Source: Calditrichia bacterium
Lineage (GTDB): Bacteria > Calditrichota > Calditrichia > JAJRVZ01
Reading direction: 5' to 3'
NCBI GenBank assembly: GCA_963796965.1
Contig: CAWCNS010000009.1
Span: forward strand, 708,254-772,253
Length of the DNA stretch: 64,000 nucleotides
In this document: in pieces, positions 53,838 through 63,162 of the stretch
How the letters are laid out: the number at the start of each line of letters is the position of its first letter
Position numbering within the stretch: the first letter of the stretch is position 1
Translations under genes and position numbers: made by a program
The notes under the pieces: generated by a model
Seen by the model: only the letters and a program-made list of their open reading frames with translations
Databases searched by the model: none
What the model was told of the DNA's origin: nothing

Positions 53838-55121
53838 TTATTTAAATGATTCTTTAATTGCACGGCCGGCGACCCACCCGGTGGAAAATGCCGCTTGCAG
53901 ATTATATCCCCCAGTGTCCGCATCAATATCGATTACCTCGCCAGCGAAAAATAAATTCCCCACTATTTTTGATTCCATCGTCTTCGCTTTAATCTCCTGT
54001 ACACTTACACCACCGGTCGTTACGATCGCCTCATCATAAGAGCTATGGCCACATATTTCCATGGGAAACTCTTTGAGCAGTAATTTTAGTCTCTTTCTGT
54101 TTTCTGAAGAGATCTCACTGAGTTTTCTGTCTTCCGAAATTTCCAATAACTGTAAAAAAATCGGTATCATTTTTTGTGGTAATAATTTTTTCAATAAAGT
54201 GGAAAAGTTTTGCCTACCATGTTCATTTATTTCCCGTAATAAACGTCGGTCAACCATTTGTATATCCAGTGCCGGTTTTAAATCGATAGTAACTGATACC
54301 CCCTGCCCTTCTTTCATCAATTTTACAACCGTTTTACTTAAAGCTAATATGATGGGACCGGATAAGCCCGAATCTGTAAAAAGCATTTCCCCGAATTTTT
54401 CATCAATTTTTTTATTCTGAGACCAAACATTTACGTTAACATTTTTTAGTGACAGTCCCTGCAAACTCTTTGCCAGACCACCTTTTGTTTTTAGGGGAAC
54501 CAGAGCCGGATAGACTGGGGTAATGGCATGCCCTAAATCTTTTGCCAATTCATATCCCTGACCGTTTGAACCGGTCTTTGGATAGGACTTTCCACCGGTT
54601 GCAATAAGTATCTTTTTTGAAGAAATTTGCTCATTCCTAATCTTACTTCCACTATCATTATGCTTATTAACGATAATTTGGAAATTTCCCAATGGATCCT
54701 TAATAATTTTTATTACCTCACAGTTTGTCAGGACGGGAATATTCAACCTTCTTAGCTTTTGCAGAAGAGCATTTACGATTTCAATTGCTTTATCACTCTG
54801 AGGGAAATAACGTCCACCTCGTTCTAACTTGAATTCGATCCCCATTTTTTCGAAGTATAGGATCAAATCTTTATTAAAAAATTCCCGGAAAGAATATTTT
54901 AAAAACCGTCCGTTATTACCAAAATGAGAAATAAAATCATCAAACTCGGCATCATTAGTTATATTACAGCGTCCTTTACCAGAGATTCGAAGTTTTAATG
55001 CCGCCCTGGGCATTTTTTCCAAAATAATAGTCTTATGGGAAGAATGGTAACTTTCAATGGCAGCGATCAAGCCAGCCGGGCCAGAACCGATAACGACAAG
55101 ATCATATTGAGATATGGGCAT
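53838..55121 (-). CDS. HI0933/YhiN family NAD(P)/FAD-dependent flavoprotein
   Basis: GSGPAG, ISGKGRCNITN, ATGGKSYPKTGS, GEMLFT, TGGYNLQAAFSTG. Confidence 0.93.
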   Translation of the reverse strand: MPISQYDLVVIGSGPAGLIAAIESYHSSHKTIILEKMPRAALKLRISGKGRCNITNDAEFDDFISHFGNNGRFLKYSFREFFNKDLILYFEKMGIEFKLERGGRYFPQSDKAIEIVNALLQKLRRLNIPVLTNCEVIKIIKDPLGNFQIIVNKHNDSGSKIRNEQISSKKILIATGGKSYPKTGSNGQGYELAKDLGHAITPVYPALVPLKTKGGLAKSLQGLSLKNVNVNVWSQNKKIDEKFGEMLFTDSGLSGPIILALSKTVVKLMKEGQGVSVTIDLKPALDIQMVDRRLLREINEHGRQNFSTLLKKLLPQKMIPIFLQLLEISEDRKLSEISSENRKRLKLLLKEFPMEICGHSSYDEAIVTTGGVSVQEIKAKTMESKIVGNLFFAGEVIDIDADTGGYNLQAAFSTGWVAGRAIKESFK

Positions 55122-55146
55122 GATTGAGTTTTTATATGTACATCAG

Positions 55147-55251
55147 AGAAAGCAGAAAAAGATAGGTATCATCTAAGACCAAGTATTTTTTCTTTATCAT
55201 TATATCGCAGATTTCTTATTGAGACTACTTCTTTCTGGTTTTCTGCTTTCT
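55147..55251. repeat. Intergenic 13-bp perfect inverted repeat with a ~80-nt spacer
   Basis: AGAAAGCAGAAAA (55147-59) / TTTTCTGCTTTCT (55239-51). Confidence 0.55.
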
Positions 55252-55289
55252 TATTTCTAATTATTAATATTTCATTTAACGGGACCAGG

Positions 55290-56081
55290 CTAGTCCAGAA
55301 CCATAAGTTCTACTTTACGAAATTCAATAGGATGGCTCTCGGCCTGCAGGGCAAAGTAGCCTTCTTTTAGCATCACCTGACCATCTGTTATGAATGGCTT
55401 TGCTTCCGGATCCTCAGGATCCAGTTGAGGCTTTTCATAACTTAGAACGATTTGATCTTCAACAATATGATTGATCATTGAATTTCCTCGTACCTCAATT
55501 TCTACAGTAACCCACTGATCACCATGATAGGTTTTTGACCTGGAAGTGTTGCAATGTTTCTTGACCAATTCACCATTCATAACGATATGCGTTCCCGGGC
55601 TGCAAACATTAGCGGTGGGACGATCTGTCTCTCCATCTCCTCCCAAATACTGTGCCTCAATTGATACAGGGAAATTCTGATCCTTTTTCATACTTTGTGG
55701 TGATTGGCTATGAAACATGACCCCACTATTACGAAATGCCCATCCGGGTCCTCCCGGTGCTTGTTCCCCTGTGAAACGATATTCCACCCGCAGTCGGTAA
55801 TGTGAAAACTTGTCTTTGTAAAAAATGTGGCCAAATTTCCCATCAAAATTTTCATATGCATCATAAGACACTTTCATCACGCCATCCTCAACACGAAAGG
55901 TATTGCCAAAATTATCATCAAGATCATAACCGGTAATTTTTACATGCCATCCATCCAGGTTCTTCCCATTAAACAGCTGGATCCATTCGTTATCTTTTTT
56001 CTCTGCACATGCCATCAGGGAAAAAGTGATTAACGAAACACAGATTATTATAAAACAATTTTTTGATTGATTGTAATTCAT
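55290..56081 (-). CDS. DUF1080 (3-keto-disaccharide hydrolase-like) lipoprotein
   Basis: Lipobox LMAC; WIQLFNGKNLDGW, FRNSGV, SIEAQ, LQAESHPIEFR. Confidence 0.88.
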   Translation of the reverse strand: MNYNQSKNCFIIICVSLITFSLMACAEKKDNEWIQLFNGKNLDGWHVKITGYDLDDNFGNTFRVEDGVMKVSYDAYENFDGKFGHIFYKDKFSHYRLRVEYRFTGEQAPGGPGWAFRNSGVMFHSQSPQSMKKDQNFPVSIEAQYLGGDGETDRPTANVCSPGTHIVMNGELVKKHCNTSRSKTYHGDQWVTVEIEVRGNSMINHIVEDQIVLSYEKPQLDPEDPEAKPFITDGQVMLKEGYFALQAESHPIEFRKVELMVLD

Positions 56082-56129
56082 ATTCTCTCCATTTCGCGCA
56101 ATTAATGATTCTATATATGGTTATCGACC

Positions 56130-56231
56130 ATCAAAATTCCGATGTCAAAAGCCAAATATCAATTCAAATCCCAAAGACTAATTCCTAATGCAAGTGCAAG
56201 TGCAAGTGCAACTCCCTAACAAATCAAATTT
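56130..56231. repeat. Degenerate heptamer-like array plus (TGCAAG)x3.8 tandem repeat
   Basis: TCAAAAT/TCAAAAG/CCAAATA/TCAAATC-like units; TGCAAG repeats at 56189-56211. Confidence 0.55.
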
Positions 56232-56232
56232 G

Positions 56233-57226
56233 CTATTTATTCACAAAGCCTTTTAGATATTCATCTATGATCTTATCCATCAATTTATCTTTAGCCTTGT
56301 CAACAATTTGTCTGGATGTGTCCTCCTGATACCAGGATAATATCTCCTTAACCCCATCTTTAAATGGAATTGTCGCCTGAAAATCGGGATTGACTCCCTT
56401 AATCTTGCTATTGTCAAACATCAGACAGTGAGCCTTATCCCCTAATAGTCCATCACCCCAATCTTTATCATAACGGTTTATAAACTCTGAAGGAATGTGT
56501 ATGATTTTTGGTTTTACACCTGCCGCATTGGCAAGGAGCTCACAAATTTGATTCCAGGTTAAAACTTCGTCTGATGTAATATGATAATCTTCTCCAATAG
56601 CTTCAGGATTTCCGATCAGACCGATAAAACCTTTAGCAAAATCTCTGTGATGTGTTAACGTCCATAATGAGGTACCATCTCCATGGATAATAACTGGTTT
56701 GTCGCGGAGCATACGGTCAATTTGCGTATATCCAGCATGAAGGGGAATCGTTGTTTTGTCATAGGTATGACTGGGACGTACAATCGTTACGGGGAACTCT
56801 TGATTTCTATGCATCTCCATCAAATAATTTTCACAGGCAATTTTATTTTGAGAATATTGCCAAACAGGATTAATTAGAGGCTCAGATTCAATAATTGGCA
56901 AATTTTCTGATGGTTTCTGATACACGGACGCGGAGCTGAATAAATATATACTGAAGCGTTTTTTCTCTGAAAATTTCATAATCGATCATTACATGGGCTG
57001 GTTCATAGGCAATCCAATTCACCACAACATCAAATGAATAGTCTTCAATGACTGCCTTTACCTGGGTCTTATCTCTTATATCAGCATGAAGATGCTTGAC
57101 ACCATTTATCTCATGGTACTTGCTTATTCCCCTGTTAAGATGATAGAGCTCGTATCCTTTATCAAGACATCGTACCGAACAGGCAGAACTGATGATTCCT
57201 GTCCCACCAATAAATAAAACTTTCAG
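56233..57226 (-). CDS. NAD-dependent epimerase/dehydratase (extended SDR); CTG start; apparent +1 frameshift at ~56940
   Basis: (M)KVLFIGGTGIISS...FDVVVNWI...QYIFISSASVY after removing one T; YSQNK catalytic motif, VRPSHTY, WTLTH. Confidence 0.85.
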
Positions 57227-57289
57227 TTTTAGTTCCTCCTCTTTTAGAGTAAATATAAGAAACTACACCTTTTAAATGGGGAAAATAGT

Positions 57290-57325
57290 AAAAAAAAATC
57301 CCCATCCTAACAGGCATGGGGATTT
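57290..57325 (-). terminator. Intrinsic terminator after tldE
   Basis: AAATCCCCAT-G-CCT GTT AGG-ATGGGGATTT followed by a long T-run on the minus strand. Confidence 0.85.
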
Positions 57326-57345
57326 ACTGTTTATCTTTAAATGTT

Positions 57346-58668
57346 TTACAGCCCGCTAAAATTTACTCCTTCAAACATCATACTTGGCATACGTCGGGAA
57401 GAGTAAGGATAGGGATCATTGCCAACTTCCACCAATTTTTTCCAGAAATCCTGCGCATTACCGGATATATTCATTTCATTGACTGGCTTTACAAGTTCAC
57501 CATTTTCAACTAATAATCCAACCACACCAAATGAAAAATCCCCCGTGGTTGAATTTGAATTACCCCCGATAAATCCGGTTACAAAGATTCCTTTTTCCAT
57601 ATCTTTTATCATGTCTTCACATGACTGTGTACCATAATCAAACAAAACATTTGAACTTGATCCGGATGTGGGTGTCATTCCTAGTTTTTTACCATAATAA
57701 TTATCCACATAATAGTTTTTCAGAATGCCTTTTTCAACCATAAATCTTTTCTCAGCAGCAATACCCTCTCCATCAAAAAAGCGTGAACCAAGACCTTTTT
57801 CAAGAAAAGGATCATCGATAACTGAAAACTTTTCTGAGGCAATTTTTTCGCCGAGTTTACCTTCCAGGAATGATCTTTTTTGTTGTAGGGCTCTCGCACT
57901 CATCGGTCCCTGTAACATTCCCAAAAGACGACTACCTGAACGGTTTTCAACGATCATTGTATATTGTCCGGATTCAATTTTTTTCTGACCAACTTTACGC
58001 AAAGCTCTTTTTGCAGCTTCTTTTCCGAGAAATTCTGGTGACGGCAGATCTTTATTATAACGCGTACTACCATAATACCAATCTTCCGGTCGACCACTTT
58101 CACCATCTTTAACGGTTACCTCGGCTCCGGCATAAAAGATCGTGCCTTGATTCTCACCAGAAAAGCCATTACTATGTACCTTCGCCGTTTCATAATATAC
58201 ATCCCCATAACCTGCTGTTGAAGAAATAATTTGATCACTCACCTCCATAGCCGCGCTCTCAATGTTCTTGGCCATGGTAACCCGTTCAGATGTCTCAACA
58301 TTATCATAGGCATTGTCACGTATTTGTAGATTCATGTCAGTATCTTTAGGATAATATTTTGAATCCGGTAAACTACGGAATTCATCTTTTGTCAAATATT
58401 TTGTAGCAGCAACTGCTTCAGAAATAAATTTTTTCAGGGAGTCCTTTCTCAGATCATTGGTTGTATGATTGGAATAGCGATGATCAGAATAGATACCAAG
58501 TGTAAGAGAGTTCTGAGTTGATTCACTTAGCTTTTCCAACTTTTTATCGCGATATTCAATTTCAACTTCCCTTCGATTGGTAATTGAAGCAGAAGCCTCA
58601 TTTGCTCCGGCACTAATTGTTTCTTTCATTGCCCATTCGGCAATTTCTATTTTGTTTTTTTTGCTCAT
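57346..58668 (-). CDS. pmbA: TldE/PmbA family protein
   Basis: DDP...GSRFFDGEG, TTGDFSFG, PVNEMNISGN; no HExxxH; follows tldD. Confidence 0.88.
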   Translation of the reverse strand: MSKKNKIEIAEWAMKETISAGANEASASITNRREVEIEYRDKKLEKLSESTQNSLTLGIYSDHRYSNHTTNDLRKDSLKKFISEAVAATKYLTKDEFRSLPDSKYYPKDTDMNLQIRDNAYDNVETSERVTMAKNIESAAMEVSDQIISSTAGYGDVYYETAKVHSNGFSGENQGTIFYAGAEVTVKDGESGRPEDWYYGSTRYNKDLPSPEFLGKEAAKRALRKVGQKKIESGQYTMIVENRSGSRLLGMLQGPMSARALQQKRSFLEGKLGEKIASEKFSVIDDPFLEKGLGSRFFDGEGIAAEKRFMVEKGILKNYYVDNYYGKKLGMTPTSGSSSNVLFDYGTQSCEDMIKDMEKGIFVTGFIGGNSNSTTGDFSFGVVGLLVENGELVKPVNEMNISGNAQDFWKKLVEVGNDPYPYSSRRMPSMMFEGVNFSGL

Positions 58669-58707
58669 TGTAAATCCTCTTTTTACACGTTAATCTGACA
58701 ACCCCAA

Positions 58708-60254
58708 TTAGCTTACACCACCCACCGTTATCTTAGATACTTTGACTGTGGGTAACCCCATTGAAACCGGTACACTTTGACCATTTTTACCACAGGTCCA
58801 ACCACCTTCGGCCATCTTCATATCATCACCAACCATGACAATATCAGCCAGAACCTGAGGTCCGTTTCCAATAATATTTACATCTTTTAATGGTCGTGTA
58901 ATCTTACCATCCTCAATGATAAAACCGGATTTCACATAAAAAGTGAAGTCACCAGCACCAATAAATACCTGGCCATTCGTAAACGTATCGGCAAGAATAC
59001 CCCTTTTAACAGAGGCTATGATTTCATCTTTTTTATGTGGCCCGGGAAGCATATATGTATTTCTCATACGTGGTAAAGTTGGATATCTGAAAGATTCACG
59101 TCGTCCACTACCGGTTGGTTTTACTTTGTAATGTCTCGAGCTGATGCGGTCATGCAAATAACTACGCAGGATGCCATCTTCTACCAGATAGGTTTCTTCC
59201 GTATCATTTCCTTCATCATCAATATTGATTGAACCACGAATATTTTCGTTTTTGCCATTATCTACGATTGTTACAAATTTTTCAGCCACCGGTTTATTAA
59301 TTTTATCACTAAAAATAGATATCTCTTTTCGGTTAAAATCGGCTTCCATACCGTGCCCGATCGCCTCATGTAATAATATTCCAGAACTACCTGCCGCTAA
59401 AACCACTTCCATTTCGCCTGCTTCTGGTTTGACTGCATCAAAAAGAGCTACCGTTCGCTCTACTGCTTCCGTACCCAGCCGGTTGACATTATCAGGTGTA
59501 AAAAATTCAATACCCCGGCGACCGGAAAGATTAAATCCATTTTCTTCACGTTTGCCATCCTGCTCGGCAGTACAGCTAACCGAGATTTGACTCATGGGTT
59601 GATAATCAAAGACAATCCTTCCCTCGGAATTAGCCATCATCATGTAATTTGTTTGATCAAAAAAGTAGATTCTCGATTTAATTACCCGGGGATCTAAAGC
59701 AAAAACTTTGTCATTAATAGTCTCCAGATATGGGATTTTTTGGTCAATTCCCACTTTTTCCCATGGTGTTTCAATTTTATAATAATCGGGATGTTCATGA
59801 AGTTTCAGAGGAGCGGCCTCAATCTTTTGGCCGGAGTCAGCTATATTTGCGGCTGTTTTTGCCGCTAATTTCATTGCATTTGGTGTCAATTCTTCAGTGA
59901 AAGAAAATCCTGTTTGATCCCCTTTTAATACACGGATTCCAACACCAAAATCCACATTGCTGTAGGCACGGTTTACGGCTTTATCCTCCAGAATGATATA
60001 GTTATTTATCTGATGCTGGAAATAGACATCACAGTAATCTCCACCTTTTGATAAACCGTCTGAGATGACTTCACGTATTAATGCCTCACTAACACCAAAA
60101 TGGTCAAAATAATTGGAAAGACCCATATTACCTGCCTCCGGGGTTGAAAAGCTTTGGCCAGATCAGCCTTTAAAAAATAGGGCACCATACCCGCTACCAT
60201 GAGTCCTTTTGACCCCTTTTTCATGAACGATCTCCTGGAAATATTGTTACTCAT
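58708..60254 (-). CDS. tldD: TldD metalloprotease with twin-arginine signal peptide (apparent 1-bp deletion at ~60140-60150)
   Basis: LLHEAIGHGMEAD, DDEG, GRRES, PRMRNT, CGK. Upstream MSNNISRRSFMKKG... has a good RBS and joins with a one-base correction. Confidence 0.88.
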
Positions 60255-60609
60255 TCGCCCACCTCTCTTATTTAACAATAGGTTCTATGAATTATATTTC
60301 AAATTTTATAGAAAATTAACCTGACTTAATCCTCCTCAATCATCTATTGTGAATCCTCCTGATGGAAGTGACCAAAATAGGAGATACAATTCCATAACGC
60401 AATAAAATAATGAAAATTCATTCCATCTTTACACGTTTTTTCTACACTGTCTTTGATGTAAGGATGCGATTAATCATGTCGTCACTATAGTGCAAACTAT
60501 AATTTTGAAGAGATATGAAGGTTGGAATTATCCCCATTAAAAACGATCCAATTTCGGTACTAACTGGCACACAATTTTGTTCATTTATAATTTTTCGATT
60601 CAGATTTTC

Positions 60610-60634
60610 AATCCAAAATCCAAAATCCAAAATC
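60610..60634. repeat. (AATCCAA)x3.6 heptamer tandem repeat
   Basis: Lies directly after the stop codon of the PDZ gene. Confidence 0.7.
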
Positions 60635-61289
60635 TTAAATGGTCTCTTTTAACTCATCCTTAAGTTCAATCCGAATCTCTTTCATTTTTTCCTGCAATTC
60701 TTCCATGTGTTCCTTTAATTCTTCATTATGATATTTCATCTCTTCTTTTATTTCGATTTGTAAATTTTCTAATTCTTCTCTGTCAATTTCAGACAATTCA
60801 AATTCAATCTCTGGAATTTCTATGTCCATTTCCGGAACAATTACCTCAATCCTATTTGGTTTATGTCCAAAATAACGAAACTTACTGACTTTTGCTTCGC
60901 CGAGTTCTACCCGAATCGATTCTTCATCACGATCTCTGACAAATTCGATCTTTATTTCATCTCCAGGATCAAAGTCCCGGACAACTTCGGCTAAATCACT
61001 TTTTGAGTAAATCGTCTCATCTTCAACCTCTACGATTACATCGCCGGCTTTTATCCCGCTCTTTTCCGCCGGACTATCCTCAGCCACTTCACTGACAAGC
61101 ACACCGATTTCTTCATCAACACCAAAATATTCACGCAGTTGCGGGGTTAGACTCTTTTGTTGAAACACCTAACCAACTCGTTTTATTATACTTGTGATAT
61201 GCCTTTGGTCCATCCGAGAAACCAAAAAGCAACACAGGAATAATAAATGCAAGGATTATACCCGTTAATACTAATGTATGTTTTTTCAT
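60635..61289 (-). CDS. Exported PDZ-domain protein with an acidic coiled-coil tail; apparent +1 frameshift at ~61153
   Basis: MKKHTLVLTG signal peptide, SWLGVS then LTPQLREYFG...GVLVSEV..DSPAEKSGIKAGDVI. Confidence 0.82.
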
Positions 61290-61434
61290 TATCCACCCCC
61301 ATGAGATTAAAAATCGGCTATTAAACATTGAAAATTTCGTGTTTATTAGTACGAAGAATTTATGTGTGAGTTGCATTGTGATATGAATTAGTGGAGGGAT
61401 AAAAACATATTTCAAAATACTGATATCTTTTTTT

Positions 61435-61527
61435 ACCACAAAGGACACTAAGAATACACAAAATTCACCAAGAAAAAAATAATGTTATCTTTGTGTTCTT
61501 TAAGCATTCTTTGAGTGCTTAGTGTTT
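61435..61527. repeat. Intergenic short-period inverted repeat pair (CACAAAG/CACTAAG units)
   Basis: ACCACAAAGGACACTAAG...CACCAAG mirrored by CTTTGTG...CTTTGAGTGCTTAGTG. Confidence 0.55.
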
Positions 61528-61558
61528 TTATCTTCTGCCGGCTTTGTTCAACAATATA

Positions 61559-61799
61559 TTAAATTGGATGGTTTTGGTTGAATTTTTTCAGGCGCTCTTT
61601 CAGAGTAGGAAATTGTTCTCTTTTAACCAATGAGACACAGGCCCGAATGCCTTCTAAGCGGGTACTGCCTGTAATTGCTAAAGAAATAGCACTGATACCA
61701 TAATATATTAATTCTGAAAGTAATTCTTCTCCACTCAATCCAGGATAGGAAAATGTAAAATAAAAACCATCGGCTATCGGATCATCTTCATCCATATCA
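61559..61799 (-). CDS. C-terminal fragment of a PLP-dependent aminotransferase (truncated at the GC junction)
   Basis: DMDEDDPIADGFYFTFSYPG...YYGISAISL...GIRACVS resembles the C-terminus of class I/II aminotransferases; the N-terminal part is replaced by high-GC DNA. Confidence 0.7.
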
Positions 61800-61970
61800 A
61801 TGCATGGCGGCTCCTGCCAAGGGAACCGCTGGGAATAGCGGGTTGGGCACCGACTCGATCCTGCTGGCGATGGGCTGTGGTGCGTCAGCGTTGAGCACGT
61901 AGGCGAAGGCTCCGCCGGCGATGAGCGCTGCGCCCCAAACGGCAATCGCTACCTTGTTGATTCTCGACAT
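61797..61970 (-). CDS. N-terminal part of a membrane-anchored hypothetical protein, cut at the junction
   Basis: GGAGG RBS; MSRINKVAIAVWGAALIAGGAFAYVL hydrophobic segment; the stop codon comes from the AT-rich side. Confidence 0.5.
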   Translation of the reverse strand: MSRINKVAIAVWGAALIAGGAFAYVLNADAPQPIASRIESVPNPLFPAVPLAGAAMH

Positions 61971-62110
61971 GACACACCTCCAGGCAGCCTGGCTTCGCAA
62001 GAGCTTCCTCTTGCCACGTCGGCCGCCGCCACCGTCTCCCCGCTTCGCCCTTCCGTGACCCAACAAGGGCACGGGCTGCGCATGCAGGGGATATACGACA
62101 ATGTAAGTCG

Positions 62111-63054
62111 CTATCGGCAGTCCGCAAGGGCCGAGGCCGATGAATGGGAGGCCCGAACAATGGAACGACTCGTGTCAGGGATCACTGCCCGTGGCCGTGC
62201 CTCGTCATTCGTCGGGGCACTCCTGGCGCGCTCCTTGGCGCCCCGCCCCATCTCGGCCAGTACCTTCAGGGTTTCCAGGACCACCCGCTCGACGACATCC
62301 GCCTGCCGCAGTCCGGTGCGTCGGATCACCTCGCGGACGATCGTCCCGGCTTCCGCGCGCAAGCTCTCGACAACCTGCGCTACCAATGGGGGCAGTGGTG
62401 CTTCCGGCTCAGGCTGGCCTGACGAGGCATCAGGAGGAGCCTCGCTGCCTCGCTCGCGCGGCATATCGTAGGCGGCGCAAGGCACCCAGTCGCCGTCGGG
62501 CGTGCGCAGGCGGGCGTCGCCCGCTCGATCCCGGTGCGACACGTAGCGAAGCGCATCACCCAACAGACGGAAGCTGGCGCGCAGCCCTGACGCCCCCTCC
62601 TCGCTCCACCACACCTCGTAGAGCCCGTCATCGTGTCTCTCTCCTGGCAGCCAACCGCCTAGCCGTCCGCGTAACCCCACGCGCTCGAGAGGCATCCGCC
62701 GTGTCAGCCGGCGCTCGGCGAGCAGCCCTCTGAACGGCTGGCCGTATGCCGTCGCCCTGTCACAGCGCAGGGGGTCGGTCGATTCCCGGCGGGTGTCCTC
62801 GACGAACAGGCCGAGCAGTAGCGCCAGAGTCTGCGCCGAGTGGACGCCATTGTCCGCCGACGAGAAGACCCAGGCCAGCCGATCATTGTCGTGCCGGAAC
62901 ACGTCGAGTGTGGTCCCGAGCGCGGCATCGCCCGATCCCGTCCGGCTCCCTGGTAGTGCTGACTGAGATCGAACCCGTCGCCCTTGCGCCAGCTCGTGAC
63001 CTGGATGTCGCTTGATTCCGCCATCAAGTAGCTTCGAATGTGGATCTCTTGCAT
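62111..63054 (-). CDS. Hypothetical protein (probably frameshifted near 62930)
   Basis: Long minus-strand frame 62111-63208 plus a plausible N-terminus MQEIHIRSYLMAESS in another frame; no recognisable domain. Confidence 0.3.
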
Positions 63055-63162
63055 GGCTTCCGCCCTTTCTCGCGCCCTCGCGGGCCGCCGCGAGCCAACC
63101 GCTCGCGTACGTGGGACCAACGAAACTGCTCGCCAAAGCCTCCCGTTGAAGCGCCCCCCCCC

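Noticed and set aside
60328..60360. Two AGGAGGATT direct repeats upstream of tldD (possible CsrA sites or a 5-codon uORF MIEED)
   Set aside because: Only two 9-bp copies and no supporting structure; could be chance.
2639..61945. Numerous short ORF-track ORFs antisense to or nested in the genes above
   Set aside because: Shadow frames of well-supported genes; no motifs or RBS.
61559..61945. 128-aa ORF spanning the GC junction as a real fusion protein
   Set aside because: The N-terminal half is an off-frame read of the high-GC segment joined by chance to the aminotransferase tail.
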